This document shows, one piece after another, positions 37,652 to 53,729 of a DNA stretch of 64,000 bases (its first letter is position 1; the number at the start of each line of letters is the position of its first letter). Source of the DNA: Fistulifera solaris (lineage: Eukaryota); assembly GCA_030295235.1 (NCBI GenBank), contig AP026124.1, forward strand, positions 1,116,001 through 1,180,000, read 5' to 3'. Below the pieces are notes generated by a model that saw nothing but the letters and a program-made list of their open reading frames with translations, had not been told where the DNA came from and searched no databases. A program made the position numbers and the translations under genes.

Positions 37652-39261
37652 ATGTCAGCACTTTTGTGCCGAGTGTCGCGCCTTCGGTTACAGCCTTCCG
37701 TTCGCTTATCTTCATTTATTTACTCACTAAAGTTTGATCTGACCCATGTTCCATCACGAAAGACCCTCCTCGTCAACAGAAAGTGTTTCTCTTCTTACAA
37801 AATTGCCATTGTCGGAAGCGGACCTGCGGGGTGCTACTCTGCCAAATATTTAAAGTCTTCATTAGACAAACAGCAACACCGCGCACAAATTGATGTAATA
37901 GAACGACTGCCGACACCGTTCGGTTTGGTGCGATACGGTGTAGCTCCCGATCATCCGGAGGTGAAGAATGTTCAAAATGATTTTGCTGCACTCTTTGAGG
38001 GCACCGATGAAAGTATGGAAACCGTGAATGTGCGTTTCTTGGGAAATGTGAAAGTGGGCTGGGATGTCACCGTGACGGAACTTCGTTCGATTTATGATGT
38101 TGTATTACTGGCTTACGGTTGCGAATCCGATCGCAGACTCATTCTCCCCGGGTCACATTTGCCGCAAATATTGTCGGCAAGAGAATTTGTTGCCTGGTAC
38201 AACGGCCACCCAGATTTTGTACACGTGGGTGAGCAAGTATCCAAGGCTCTCCAGGTGACAGCAGCCGACACGGTGGAAAGTGTTCGAAACGCTCATGTTG
38301 TGGTGATTGGTCACGGCAATGTGGCGCTGGATTGCGCCAGAATACTTGCCAAGGGTGGTCAGAACTTGCACGATACTGACATAGCCTCGCACACATTTCC
38401 TGTTATTGGAGGAGGTATATCGCGAATATCCGTAATCGGCAGAAGAGGTCCCATTCAAGGGGCATTCACCATCAAAGAGATTCGCGAGCTCGTTCGGCTC
38501 CAAAGAGAAGGCTATGGAACTTCCTTCCGCGTATCACCACAAGAACTTAAGGCAGGAATGAACGAATCATCACTACAGGAAATGGAAGGGCTAGCTGGTC
38601 GACCGAAGCAACGGATATGTGACTTGCTACAGAAAGCGGCAGCGAGTGCGTCGGAAACCTCAGAATGTGAAAAGAGAGTTGATTTACGTTTCTTTTTGAA
38701 GCCGCTTCGATTTGAAACAAAAGAGGATGATCCATCTCGACTGTCGGCAGTTATTTGTGAAAAGACGGCGTTGCGTGGTGAGCCTGGACGCCAAAAGGCC
38801 ATTGGAACTGGAGAGTACGAGTCACTCTATGCCGATCTTGTTTTAGTTAGTATCGGCTACAAAGGCACAGCCTTGCGCGGTGTAGAACCATTTTTGATGA
38901 AGAAATCGGCATTGTACGAAATCGGAACGGTAAGGTTGATCATTCAAATGACTTCGAATGTGGTCTTTACGTCGCTGGTTGGCTGAAGCGTGGGCCATCT
39001 GGGATCATCGGAACAAACATACCCGATGCCAAAGACACGGTTGCTTCAATTATGCAAGATCTTCAAGTTACGAAGCCGCGCGTGCAACGTGCAGGAGACA
39101 TTGATTCAATATTGGCAGAGCGAAAGATACAAGTGGTGGTTTGGGAAGATTACAAGAGATTAGACGATTACGAGCAAACTCACAAAAGAAGTGACAACCA
39201 GCCAAGGGAGAAAGTTGTTAGCATCAAGCTGCAACTAGAAGCTGCTTTAAAATTTTATTGA
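37652..39261 (+). CDS. FDXR: Mitochondrial NADPH:adrenodoxin oxidoreductase (Arh1)
   Basis: Arg/Ser-rich presequence; IVGSGPAG, PTPFGLVRYGVAPDHPEVKNV, FVAWYNGHP, GHGNVALDCARIL, GWLKRGPSGIIGTN. Frameshift at ~38891-38895. Confidence 0.94.
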
Positions 39262-39360
39262 AGATACCACGACTTCTAAAAAACTTTGAAATAGTCTCGT
39301 CTGCATATACTCTAGCCTGGTGCGGACATCGCCCATCTTTTCTTAAGGTAACACATCGAA

Positions 39361-42068
<2,708 letters not shown>

Positions 42069-42482
42069 CTATCTTTACCCTACCATAGTGCAAAGTGTTG
42101 ACATAATAACAACCCGACTGGAATTCAGTCATGACATAAATAGACTACTCTGGAGTCTGGAGTCCCGAAATGAAGCTAGCAAGAGAATGTGTTGGACCCT
42201 CCGTTAGCTACGTAATTTCGTTGTTAGAGAGCGGTTAGACATGCTTATAAAGATTCGTTCGGTATAATAAGTTGGATTTTCGAAATGAGACCGCTTTTAA
42301 TTCGCTCCAGTTTAGTCGAACATCTAGGACGAACCACTAGGTGTACTTTGAGTGAGAGTTGCGAAAGATTGGTTGACTCGTCTTTATTTCCAACATCCCG
42401 CAGCTTTTTTAAAAAGTAAGCGCAATCATTTATGTTTTATCATTCGTAGCTAGGGCCAGCCTGCTAAAGGCAACGATAAGGG

Positions 42483-43322
42483 TTAAGGAAGTGAATCGAT
42501 AGCTTCCTGAGCTGCCGACAAATCAATCATTGCAGCATTTCGTAAAAGCCCAACATCTATCGACCCACAAACAAGCGAGTATCCACGCAAGAACATCTCT
42601 TTCACGCTACGACCCGGAACCTGAAAGCCAGCTAATAAGCATCCACTCGCCAGAACGCTATCCTCGGCTTTCAAAATCAATTCTTTAACATCCTCGTCTT
42701 CAAAACGCCCCATTTTGCCTATGCTGCAGGATAAATCAAATGGTCCCAGAAATATTCCATCTATACCCTCCACTCCGGCAATTTCTGGAATTGCCATCAC
42801 CCCGCTTTCGCTCTCCACTTGCACCATAACTAGAAGATCCTCTTGACACTGTTTTAAATAAGTTTTCGTATTGATTCTACCCCATCCGGTAGCTCGCACA
42901 AAGGGAGCAGCACATCCACGAGTTCCATCAACACTCGAGGAGAGCGAGTCGCTTGAGGGCGGATATCGTGTTGATGCTACCACTGCCTTCGCCGTTGCTG
43001 CGTCCTCCACCATGGGAACCAGAACACCCCCAGGTAATCGCATTGAGTCAAGCACTTTTTTCATATAAATAGGATCATGATTCGGTAGTCGGACTATGGC
43101 TTCTGTCGCATGTCGTCCCTCTAGGGATGCAATCGAATGAGATGATTGAATTGCTTGAAGTAGCCTTTGTCCCGAGTTGACATCGGTTGGACTGTGTTCG
43201 TGATCGACAACTATATGGCCATAACCTGTAAGCGCAAGAACTTCGGCAACAACAGGAGAATCTGTTAATATCAAGGGACCGTACGAGCGTCCTCCAGAAA
43301 GAAGACGCTGCCGAAGGCTCAT
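42483..43322 (-). CDS. HpcH/HpaI-family class II pyruvate aldolase
   Basis: VVDHEHSP, VLVPMVE, TRYPP...GTRG, MVQVES, GIDGIFLGPFDLS. Intronless. Confidence 0.9.
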   Translation of the reverse strand: MSLRQRLLSGGRSYGPLILTDSPVVAEVLALTGYGHIVVDHEHSPTDVNSGQRLLQAIQSSHSIASLEGRHATEAIVRLPNHDPIYMKKVLDSMRLPGGVLVPMVEDAATAKAVVASTRYPPSSDSLSSSVDGTRGCAAPFVRATGWGRINTKTYLKQCQEDLLVMVQVESESGVMAIPEIAGVEGIDGIFLGPFDLSCSIGKMGRFEDEDVKELILKAEDSVLASGCLLAGFQVPGRSVKEMFLRGYSLVCGSIDVGLLRNAAMIDLSAAQEAIDSLP

Positions 43323-43889
43323 TGATATGACTGAGATTGGATACAATGACACCATCACGAAAATCGCGTAAATCATATTACTCGTCGCTAGCACATCAAT
43401 TGCGACAGATTTTTCTTGCAATTGAAATTAGGGGGTCTTTCGTTAGCTACAATATGATGATGTCGTTGCTACAGCATCATTCATCATCCTCTTCTCAAGG
43501 AAACTGTAAAGAAAGATCTCGTCCGAAAAAAGCCAAATCGTCGCCATACGACTGCAACGTTCATTCACGAAAGCATGTCACATCCAATACCTGGTAGTAG
43601 AAAGCACGGAGTGTGATGTAGAAAGTAGAATGGCGGCTTGGTTAGCGTTTCTCAGTTTCTGATAGTACCTGGTATCGTTCTTAATTTGAAATATTTCGAA
43701 CGGATACGCGTTTTTGCTATCGCAGAATCGAGTCAACAAACTGTCTTTCTTTAGTTGTAAAACTACATCGAGCCGGCACGTGTTGTGAACGCAAACGCCC
43801 TCACCGAAACGCCATGACCATGATGAGAGGCAATTTTCGAAGCAATCTTACCTCATCACAAAGACAGATAAAGAGGACGATTATTATCA

Positions 43890-46768
43890 ATGAGCAGCGT
43901 TTTTGAGATAATACGTTCGCATTGCGAAGACCATCAAGAAAGTAGAGGCGATGACCGGTCGCTTTCTGTGGAACGACGTGCCGCCAAGATCGTTGAAGAG
44001 ATTGAAGAGTATGGTCTTGCAACTCAGATGCAAAGAGTTGCCTTGGATACTTCAGAAGGTAATTGCACCTTCGAATACGAAATAGCTGATCAGTTGATCC
44101 ATTTCCTTGAGTGCTCTTTGTACTCTCTCGTGAAGACAGATAGTGAGAGTAAGGAGGCCGTGAAAACAGTTCTTGAACTACTTGCCATTGTTTCCTCCTG
44201 CGATTCTATAATTTGTAAGCATGTGGTTGAGCGTGTCGTACATCTGTCAGAAGCGAAATTGGATAGTGTGCGTGCCACTGTCTGTCAGTTCATGGGATGG
44301 GTTGTTGGGAAAATCATGTCCCAGTCTTCGAAAAAGATCGACGAGTTCAATGATGTTTTAGATTCAGCGTCACAGATGTTGCTTCCGCGAATGACAGATA
44401 AAAGCCAAAGCGTTCGTCTTTCAGCGATCAAGGCTAGCGCCCATTTCTTCACAAGAGATGCTACCGATCCTGATATCCTTCAGGCGCTTCTTTGGTGTAT
44501 GCAGCACGATACATCTGTTGCAAATCGTATTGCGGCAACTGATTGCGTTCCCATTAACTTGGAGACTATTGATTACGTCATTCAGCGCATTCGTGATATT
44601 AAGAGCAAAGTTCGTGTGGCTGCTCTTCAATCGATTCGCATCAAATGCAATGACTTGTCGCTGCTCGATCCGACGCAGTGTGCATCGCTCTTACAGGCCG
44701 GGTATACCGAGCGGTAAGTATGTCTGATTCATACTTGCTTCATCTTATTTACGAACTCTCACGCGTAATGTCCTTGTAATACAGTTGCCAAGAGACGAAA
44801 GCTGAAACCGAGAAAGTCGTTTGTTTGAGCTGGATGAAACTGGTCAAATACGATTGCCTCCAATTGTTCAAGCATTTGTCTGTTATAGATCACGACAAGG
44901 AGTGCAAGACAGTTGCATCAATCCTGTTCAACGCATGCAAATCGGACGATGCACTTGCTTCGTTGAGCGACGCGGAAGCTCGTGAGTTCCGTGATGGCGT
45001 CAAAAATTCAGTGGTCTCCCTTGTGGACGTCACGAACGGAGAATCTTTGTCGGCCGAAACCCTTTTCATGTCAGTATCAGCATGTAGATTCGCGAGCTCA
45101 CCGAAAGAGAAAGAAGCCACTCTCGAAAAAATTCTACCCGAGATTTCGATCCTCTGTCAAACTTTAGAACAGCTTGCCGGTGATCTCATCAATGCGATCG
45201 AAGCTGACAACATCGAATCCCAGGACCTCCTCGTTTTCATGTGTGAGCAGCTAATGAAACTTGCCGTTCTGAGTGATCTCGAAGAAGGATCGCGACGTAT
45301 TTTTGTCAGTGCTCTAAATCGCCTTCTATCTTCTTTGCTCACCCCTGATGATCTGATTACTGAGGCCGTGGAAACACTGCATACAGTGAGCTTGAACGAT
45401 TCGGAATTTCTCGATCACACCATGACAGTGATTCATCAACTCGACATGCTTTCCCAAGATCAGGAAGACATTGAAGTGAGCTACAAGCTCAGAACCATGG
45501 CTATCTTATGTGCATTCTTCGAAACTGTCCATCCTAGCTCGAGCTTGGACGCATCCCTGAAAGAAATATCGGAGTACATTCTACCTGAAATATCCCAGCC
45601 GAATCGACTTTTGCGCGAGGCAGCAATCAATTGCCTGGGAAGATTCGGTCTTTTCGCTTCGAAAGATCAAGTCGAAGGCAACTACCTGTCGTTGCTGACT
45701 GGAGTTTGCAGAGATGTCGAAGAAGTAGAAGAAATCAGAGCACAAGCATTGCTCTCCATTGCCGATTGGTCGTTTGTCTACGGTCTCTGTAACGACACTG
45801 CTCTTGTGATTACCGACTTTCTTGAGCGTCCCGAGCATCCCAAGTCCTTGTCGTACATTGCAGCTGAAATTGCAACGAAACTTTTATTATCAGGCAAAGC
45901 CGATAGTGCCGCCTGGTTGGGAATTCTGCTTTCTACATTCTTCGATCCACAAACAGAGAAAGATTTTCATGAGTTCGACGATGTTACTCAGGTCGGCAAT
46001 CCCATTCGAGTTCATCAGATTCTAACCATTTTCTTCCCTGCGTACGCTTGCATACATCTGAACAAAGATGAAACCTTGTTCGAGGGCGTGGGTTTGGCCT
46101 TGCAGCGTGTACAAGATCTTCGAGATCAGCGGAAGAAAGCTTCGAAACGGGGCACGTCGCGAAAGATCTCCGCTGGTACTTTTCCGTATACGAAACTTCT
46201 AGACTACGTTGTCATCACCATGGAAGACGCCTGGTCACATGCCAATTCATCCAAACAAGAGGACTCCAACAAGGAAGGTTCGCTGCAAAGAGATAGTGTT
46301 CTTCGGGCTGCAGTTGAGGTGGCGTTCTATCTCGAAAAGAATCTCTGTGATCTTGGAGTGACTATCATTCGGACGTTATGCAAATGGTTGAGTGTCCAAG
46401 AGATCGACGTGTTGTCGTGTGCTTCGAAGTCTTTGTCTAAACTAAAAACCTGTGTGGACGGGATCGAGATGGCTCTGTCCGATGCCACAGCTGAGAAGTA
46501 CTTGGCGCCGCTCGTAACTCGTCTTTCTCAAGTACCTGCTGAAGACAACTCTCAATCTGAAACTGGTGAAGACTCAGAAGATGACCAAGAAAGTGAGGAG
46601 TTAGCGAATTCATTCTACAACCTCCAGGTGTCGAGCGAATCACCGCCTCCCAAGGAAAACTTACCGGCGGATCTATCCTCACTCTCCAGCAAGCGCAGCA
46701 GCGGCGAGTTTCTTCCCACTCCCAGCAGACAATCCAGATTTGCTGAACGCCATTTGAATGTTGAATAA
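43890..46768 (+). CDS. NCAPG: Condensin I HEAT subunit CAP-G (Ycg1/Cnd3)
   Basis: HEAT repeats RMTDKSQSVRLSA, QHDTSVANRIAA, RIRDIKSKVRVAA; AAEIATKLLL; QILTIFFPAY. Intron 44714-44784. Confidence 0.82.
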
Positions 46769-46849
46769 ACAATATTCTAAAATTAATTGTTTGAGACAAC
46801 TCATTCTAATTTATAGTGAATTCGTTAAGAAAATAATCTTATCCTAAAA

Positions 46850-48114
46850 TTATTCGGCAGCTTTTTCTTCCTCTTCTTCATCCTCGACGTCCAAATCTTC
46901 GTCTGCTTCGTCTTCTTCCGGAACGGGATCTTTCTTTTCCAGGTAATCCTTGTCAAAGAAATGCAAACGTACGTATCCATCTTCGGCACCACTAGCATAG
47001 CTTCTACCGTTCGGATTAATATCGACTGATAATGAGGGGTTAGCGTCTTGCAGTAAAGCTTTCAAAGATGTTTCAATGAGTAAAACTTACGCGCATTGAT
47101 CGGACCGAAATGTCCTTTCACTATGCCGAACTCGTCTTCATAAACAAGGTTGAAGAATCGGGTCTCGAATTTTCCTACTTTGCCCGATGTTGTCGTCACA
47201 CTCATGGCTTCCTGACCTCCCCCCAGCAGAATATGGTCTTTTGCTCGGATATTACAGCGTCGTTCACGGGACGATCGGTTCGGTACGTTTTGAGGTGCTT
47301 CAAGTCGACCGGATCGTACAGCTTGGAGGTAAAATCCGCCGAACTCGTGATGAACAATGTTTTCTCGCGGTTGAAACGGAGTCGGTTGATTTTCTTTTCA
47401 TGCGCGGTGATTTCTTCTTTCAAATCACCTGTTTCGGGGTCATACAAACGAATCTGGCCGTTGTCAAAGGCGACCAACAAGTCCTCGTTCAACGCAGTCC
47501 AGTGGACGTGTGTGGGTTTTACAACTTTTCCATTGATCTTGGGCAATTCAATTTCCAATCTGGGAGGGTCGGTATAAGTAGAAGGATCCTGGTCTTCTGG
47601 TGCATCAAAGACACAAATCTTGGCCGGATGGTCGACGAAGGGATCCGAAATGGTGACAAACATTTGTGAACCTTCCGCCCACGCAACTCCGCGGACGGGG
47701 CCTTTGTGATTGAAAACGAAGATACATTCTCCCGTGCGAACATCCCACAGACGACACGAAGTATCCGCCGAAGCTGTTAGTAGACGTTTTGTGAAGCGAT
47801 CGCAATCCAAATCCCACACAGTTCCCTTATGACCGTTGTAAGTGCCCAGACGTTCACCGTTTTCGACTCGCCACACGGACGGCACAAGATCCTTCGATGC
47901 GGTGAAAAGAAGATCACCATCGTGATTGAACTGAACCGTTGTGATAGGTCGCTCGTGGCCTTGTAGTAAATACGGTCTCTGCAAATAAAGGAAAGAATTA
48001 CAAGAAGTAGATGAGAAAAATAGATCTCATATTTTGCGATTGTTCTCGAGAAGCTAAGGTGAAAGGCGAGCAATTGACCAGCTCCAATGGCAACTCGATG
48101 AATTTGCGTACCAT
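46850..48114 (-). CDS. EIF3I: Translation initiation factor 3 subunit I (WD40)
   Basis: ATG-only first coding exon (48112-48114), intron 47979-48111, then [13 protein letters not shown]...[10 protein letters not shown]...GHFGPINA...[11 protein letters not shown]. Intron 47026-47090; frameshift at ~47240. Confidence 0.95.
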
Positions 48115-48603
48115 TTTGCTTGTTTATCCTGCTTTTGTAATTGTCTCGAGCTTGAGTTTGAAGACAAACTTCACCCCCATTGTCTGTTTTCAGGCTTATT
48201 GCTCGCAAAGCGTTCATCTCCTCCCAATTTTGCCGCATCATAACCTGATGAGACCCATGTCGCACTGCGTAATCCGTCCTCCCGAGTTGCATCTCTTCGT
48301 TGGCTCTGAAAACCAGGTTCTTTCTCAGGCCCAAACCGAATAGAATGAATAGGGGAACGATGTTAAATAAAAATAGCATATTATTATTGTGCTTTTCTCT
48401 TCGCTAGAACATATTTCAAGATACCTGGTATCAATAGGAATTATACTCAAACCGACCGTGAAACTAATAATTTCAACCACTCAGTTCGGGATCTGGACAG
48501 AACCATTTCGCAGTTTCAAATCAGCGAAATACTCGGAGTAGCAAACCATCTATATATACGTCTTATATAGTTTAAAATACAAACGAACATTTCCTTCATC
48601 GCG

Positions 48604-50470
48604 TCATCGTCGCTTTTCGAACATTCTTAAAGAAATCTTCGATTCCCATGAGACCAATCTTTTAACAAGAAATTTAGGAACCATGCCTGACTTGACTTGC
48701 GAGAGGCTGGTCATATCTGTCAAATGTGGATGGTTGGGGACTCTTCTCAGCACATTGATGCCCCAAAGAATTTCATTCTTCTGTTCAGCGAGTCGGACTT
48801 TCTCGGTCGACGACCCCCGCGGGCCTTCGTAAACAGAGCGGCTGACGATAACGTATCCATCCTCAAAGGAGCGCGCATGCATAAGACAGTTCAGAAAGAC
48901 ACTCATACTCGTAAATGGGACGCGAGTCTCAGACTGAATAACCTTGCTACCTCTGCAGAAAGCATCATCATCGTTCTTGCAATCAAACTGGCTATTGCCG
49001 AGTTCAATTATTGTTTTGCGGCCAAGGCAGAAGTTGTTGTACTCTGGTGTTCTCGAGTTATCCCATAGAAGATTTAGCATTTCACGGGGGCTCATAGGAA
49101 CAACGCCGCGGGCAAGGAAAAGAGGAATCTCAGAAGTGTCCGACACGCCAGACCAAACCAGCGTCTCTTTCTGCAACATACTGAGGCGTTCTATTGTCGA
49201 TACCTGAGCCATCTTCTTCAGCAGCTTTGAAGAAGTGCCTTCTGACTTCCATGCTATCTTCATAGGCGGTTCAACGACTTTCGCGGTCCTTCCTTGAACA
49301 ACGCGAACAGTCGGATGATTCGCCAACAAGGAAAAACCCCCGCTCCACCATACTATCAAAGATTTGTTCCCGTGGTACTTCATCACAGAGATCAGCTTCA
49401 AGATCGATACAGAAAAACCGATCTGACGCTGGGTCGTTGGGGTCTTTGAGGTCGAGGTCCACTACGCGGAGCAGCAGCAGGCTTGTTTTGCCGGATCGGT
49501 TGCTTTTCGTCGGCGTTTGCATGTAGTCGTCGGATGGAATGTAGTCAAGGCGCAACCGTTCAAGATAATTGTCGCTGGAAGTACTGTCAACAAGCTTCTT
49601 GACAGGCGTAGGCTCAATGATTGCTGGCTCAACTTGTTTCTCTTTCTCATTAACAGGAGGAGTAACAAGGCTGCTGACCATAGTACCAACATGACCAATT
49701 GCATTTTCAGCACTGTTTACGATAACTCGACTAGGCAGCATCAATGCAGCGACGATGCCACCAGTTTTAGAAGTGTTTGAATCCTGTGAGTTTGAGTTTT
49801 CGCTCTCCATGTTCTCTGATACACAATTTGCAATATTCTTTGTTGCTGCAGCCAAAATGGACCCCGTTTCCGAAAGAAGATGACTGTAGGCGCCAACAAT
49901 CATATCACAGGTACGTCCCGTGATATGAAGTGGCATGGTGACAGGTAGTAACGCTGCTTGAAAACACAAATGCCCCGCCGAGCCGGCCAAATGAACACTG
50001 CTGCACATTAAGTTCTTCATCTCTGGCGAATCCATCAAAAGTTGCACAGAGCGCAGCCACTGTTGAAGGGCGTCTCCGATGTTTTCTGGTACCTCGTTGT
50101 ATAGATTATTATTTGCAGAATTCGAAACATTTCCAAACGGCGAATCCATTGCATGGTCATCGTCTTCGCTGATGAGAGAAGCATTCGGATCGCAAGTCAC
50201 GCTCTCGAGAGGTCGCAATGGACGTTGTGCGGCAAGATATCTTCTGTTGGATTCGGTACTAGCAGAACTGACTGTTGATGATGTTTCGTGATAGAAGATT
50301 TCTTTCCTTCGATACGGGAAACTCGATAAGTTTTCTAATAAAGAAGTGGGCGAAACACGTCTTGTGCGCGACATGGAACTAATTGATGTTTCTCCGGTGG
50401 AGGACTGGCTAGAGTTTAGGTTTAGCAACGACGACGACGACTCGTTATGGTTTCGTTGAAGGGGCATCAT
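48604..50470 (-). CDS. START/SRPBCC-domain lipid-binding protein
   Basis: C-terminal ARGVVPMSPREMLNLLWDNSR...YVIVSRSV...EILWGINVLRRV...TDMTSLSQ. Ser-rich N-terminus. Frameshift at ~49335. Confidence 0.7.
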
Positions 50471-51230
50471 TTGAATTGCTTCGTCACCAATAATGATAGG
50501 TTCACGGTGTTTTGGGATGTTATACTCTCAAATTCAAGCACAAGATACAAAAAGAAATTCTCTCGAATTAAAACCAGCGATTGGCTTCGTTTTTTACATG
50601 TTTCGTAAACGTAAACAACAAAGGGTGACGACGACGTTTGGATCATTTCGGAATCTACTCACTATACACTTTCACTGTAGGAGAACAGACGACGCGGCAA
50701 AGTGGGACTATTCTGTATAAAGTACACAATGGTTCATTTCCATTCTATTTCGGCGTAGCCGCGCGCGCAATCCTGTTAAAACGTATCACAATTCACGAAC
50801 AAGACTGAAGGGGTTTGCCGCTTTGGGGTATGTTTCGCGTCAATCTTCGCTTATTCTTTTATTGATAAAGCTAATTGGATTGACAAGGAATTTTAAGAGA
50901 TAATTCAAGTGAATTATTGAATAGAGAAAATTATAAGGCTTTAAAAGTCTACTTGTTTTGTACGTAGCCCCCGTACGGAAATTGATTGGTGTTGGACCTT
51001 CATGACTAACGACGGGAAAGCAGTCGTGCCAAAGTTGAGCCTACACTTTGAGATATAGTAAAAGGGGTGGACAATTCCTGAACCCTGAACCACAATGGAG
51101 ATTGGACGATTTTCTTTTCCCCGCACCCACCCTTCACCTTCACTTTCAATAAAGGAATGATGAAGAACGTTATGTACACTGATTAAGAAAGATCGGAAGT
51201 CTGATAGGCGGCGGTTGAGTCAAGAAAGCC

Positions 51231-52172
51231 ATGAGATCGTTATTATGCGTTTCGTTCATATTCTTTTTTACGAGAAGGGTGTGTCCATTTTCGTGGCACC
51301 CGCACAGATCGCTGCTTCGTAGAAAAAATACCGCAAATCCGTCTCTTCGTGGACTCCGACTGGTCAAAGACGACAGTTCAGAATCTAAGAAGGCCCGTGT
51401 TCGCTTTTCGGGTGCATCGGACAGCAAAACAGCAACTGTTAGCAACCCGGTCGATTTTGCTTTGTCCTGGATTGTTTCAGATCTCGGATCGATTGTTGTC
51501 GGTTTATCAGGGATTGTTATGCTCTTGGTTGGACGACTGATACTCGACAAAGATATCAGTATCGCAGACGCAGAAGTAATGACGGGATCGACTCGTTCGA
51601 ATCTATTAGCCGTGTTTGCTTGTGTAGCTGTCCTCCTGAATGGCTTGGTCAAGCTAGATGTTGAATCCACGACAGCTGAGAGTGTTGAGCTTCAAGGCAC
51701 TAGATGGCCCGTCACCAATCTGCAGCAAGATCCAAGTTCCGAGTTGGTGTGGGCACTGGATTCGTTACTAAAAGCTACGTCGGCGGAAACAGCAATTCTT
51801 CTAGATCCAAACAATGGGAATTGGAATATTGACTCATTTGCGGGTGTAGTCCCCTGGTCTTCAACATCAAACCCAGTCTCGCTTGCCAAGATTTCGACTC
51901 CTATTTTGGATCGCTGTCTGAAACAGACACGTGACTCGCAATTTCTTCAAGAAACATATTTGCCAACACTGCAGGCTCTACCAGGAAAAACGGAATTTAC
52001 CTACCTGCCCGTCAATACACAAGCAGTTGTATTGCTGCCGTTCCTTCTCGGTGAGAAATCAATGATCTTGGTGTTGGGCTCGAATCGGGCACGAAGTTTC
52101 ACTCCTCGTGATATTGCTTGGTGTCAACTACTCATGAATCGATTAGCCGAAACACTCAGTGTAACTAGATAA
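51231..52172 (+). CDS. CCB4: Cytochrome b6 heme ci assembly factor, CCB2/CCB4 family
   Basis: Presequence, two TM segments, and ETYLPTLQALPGKTEFTYLPVNTQAVVLLP...LGSNRARSFTPRDIAW. Confidence 0.82.
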   Translation: MRSLLCVSFIFFFTRRVCPFSWHPHRSLLRRKNTANPSLRGLRLVKDDSSESKKARVRFSGASDSKTATVSNPVDFALSWIVSDLGSIVVGLSGIVMLLVGRLILDKDISIADAEVMTGSTRSNLLAVFACVAVLLNGLVKLDVESTTAESVELQGTRWPVTNLQQDPSSELVWALDSLLKATSAETAILLDPNNGNWNIDSFAGVVPWSSTSNPVSLAKISTPILDRCLKQTRDSQFLQETYLPTLQALPGKTEFTYLPVNTQAVVLLPFLLGEKSMILVLGSNRARSFTPRDIAWCQLLMNRLAETLSVTR

Positions 52173-52236
52173 TCTCGCATTATTATTCTTAAACTGCAAT
52201 AATAGTCTATGAGCGTCATAGCATCTGGGTCTTTTT

Positions 52237-53729
52237 CTAGTTATTCATGAGGAAATCAAACAGCTGATCGTCTCCACAATCGGTATACCAAAAGTCATCT
52301 CCGATGGACATTCCTCTTTGTCGCTGAACATCATCCCCGGATCCTTGTTCTGGCATCATGTCAATGGCAATTTCCATCTTGTGAGGATCATCTTCGTGAA
52401 CTAAGCCCTCCATTAAGCTCTCTTCTGGTTCAACAGGTTTATTTCCGAGTTTCTGCTCTTCTTGTTGCTTCAACAATCTCATTTTGTTCTGAAACGCCAT
52501 TTGGTATTGCATTTCTCGTTTCATCATGTTACTTTCTTGGATATTCACCCGCATCGATGGATTTGATGGTGTAGGTAAGACGGCACAATTATTGAGTGCA
52601 TCCGCTGACGTCGATGTCCCCGACACATCATAAGCCGCGGGCTGTGAACCACTCGATAAATGCCCGAACTTGTGGATATCGTCCATGTTGCTTAGCATCG
52701 ACGCCTTATTGTTGGCAGCAGCTTGGGCTGCAGCTTGTGCTTCGCGCTGTAGATCCAGTTGCTTTTTCAACGTATAGAAAAGTCCCATCATATAGCGAAC
52801 TGAAACCCCAATTGGAGTATTCTTTTCTTCCTCGGTTAACCGTGGTATTAGAATGGTGTCATGTTGTTCTCGATTCAGAGCAAAAGACCGTGATTTGTTT
52901 TTCCGTGACGCAGCGTCAGCCGGTTCAAAGTCAGTTCCTTCGTACATATCTTTGGGTGGATCATCGGGACTCTGCATAGTGGCATAGGTGACGTACGCCG
53001 CAGCGTCGGATCCCGCGAACGCAGCTCCACTTTTCGGAGGTCCATTCTTGAGTAAGTTTGCCATCGACGAATCATACGCCGTCATGAACTCCTTTTTGAT
53101 TTATTGCGATTGATTCGGTATTTCTGTAAATGGCTTTTGACTCGCTCGCTGTTGATTTGTTCGTGTGCGGGCATGTGTTCTAAAATCGCGGACGGTGAAG
53201 AATGTTTCAATCCAACATCAAAGACCGCCGCAACAAAATCGCGGTGCAAATCATCCGGCCACGTGAATCGCTTCGACCATCTTCCGTCGGTCGTTTTTTG
53301 CTTTCTTCTGGATTTGGAGCCCCGTGTCGAAGACGTCGATGATTCTTCTTCGGCAATGGGAGCTGACGTGATCGAAGACGATCGCTTCCGCAGATTCCTG
53401 CCGCTCCCCGCGCGAGCCGTTTTGGCTGTTTCTTGCACTCTAGCGTGAACTATGGAACTGGGCGGCACTGTAGCAGCCGCAAACTTCATGGCTTCGCTCA
53501 TATTGTTCGGAGCGGGCGGAATGGATGTGCCAGTAGTGTTCTCGAAGGACCAGTGTTTCGCATTACTGTAGGCAGATTGAGATGAAGAATTGCCGCCTAC
53601 CATGTTTTCGTAGACTTTCATGAGATCGGGTACAAGACTGCTGGGTATGGCACCGGGTCCTGTCGAAGGATTCGCAGAAGTGGTCGTAGGCGGACGAGAT
53701 GCGGAAATGCCGTGTCCTTCCTGTGACAT
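52237..53729 (-). CDS. GARP/SHAQKYF-class Myb transcription factor
   Basis: RFTWPDDLHRDFVAAVFDVG...ERVKSHLQKYR. Frameshift at ~53093-53097. Confidence 0.88.

Noticed and set aside
47777..48379. 200-aa minus-strand ORF and overlapping + ORF
   Set aside because: They overlap the eIF3i first exon, intron and promoter, with no recognisable motif.
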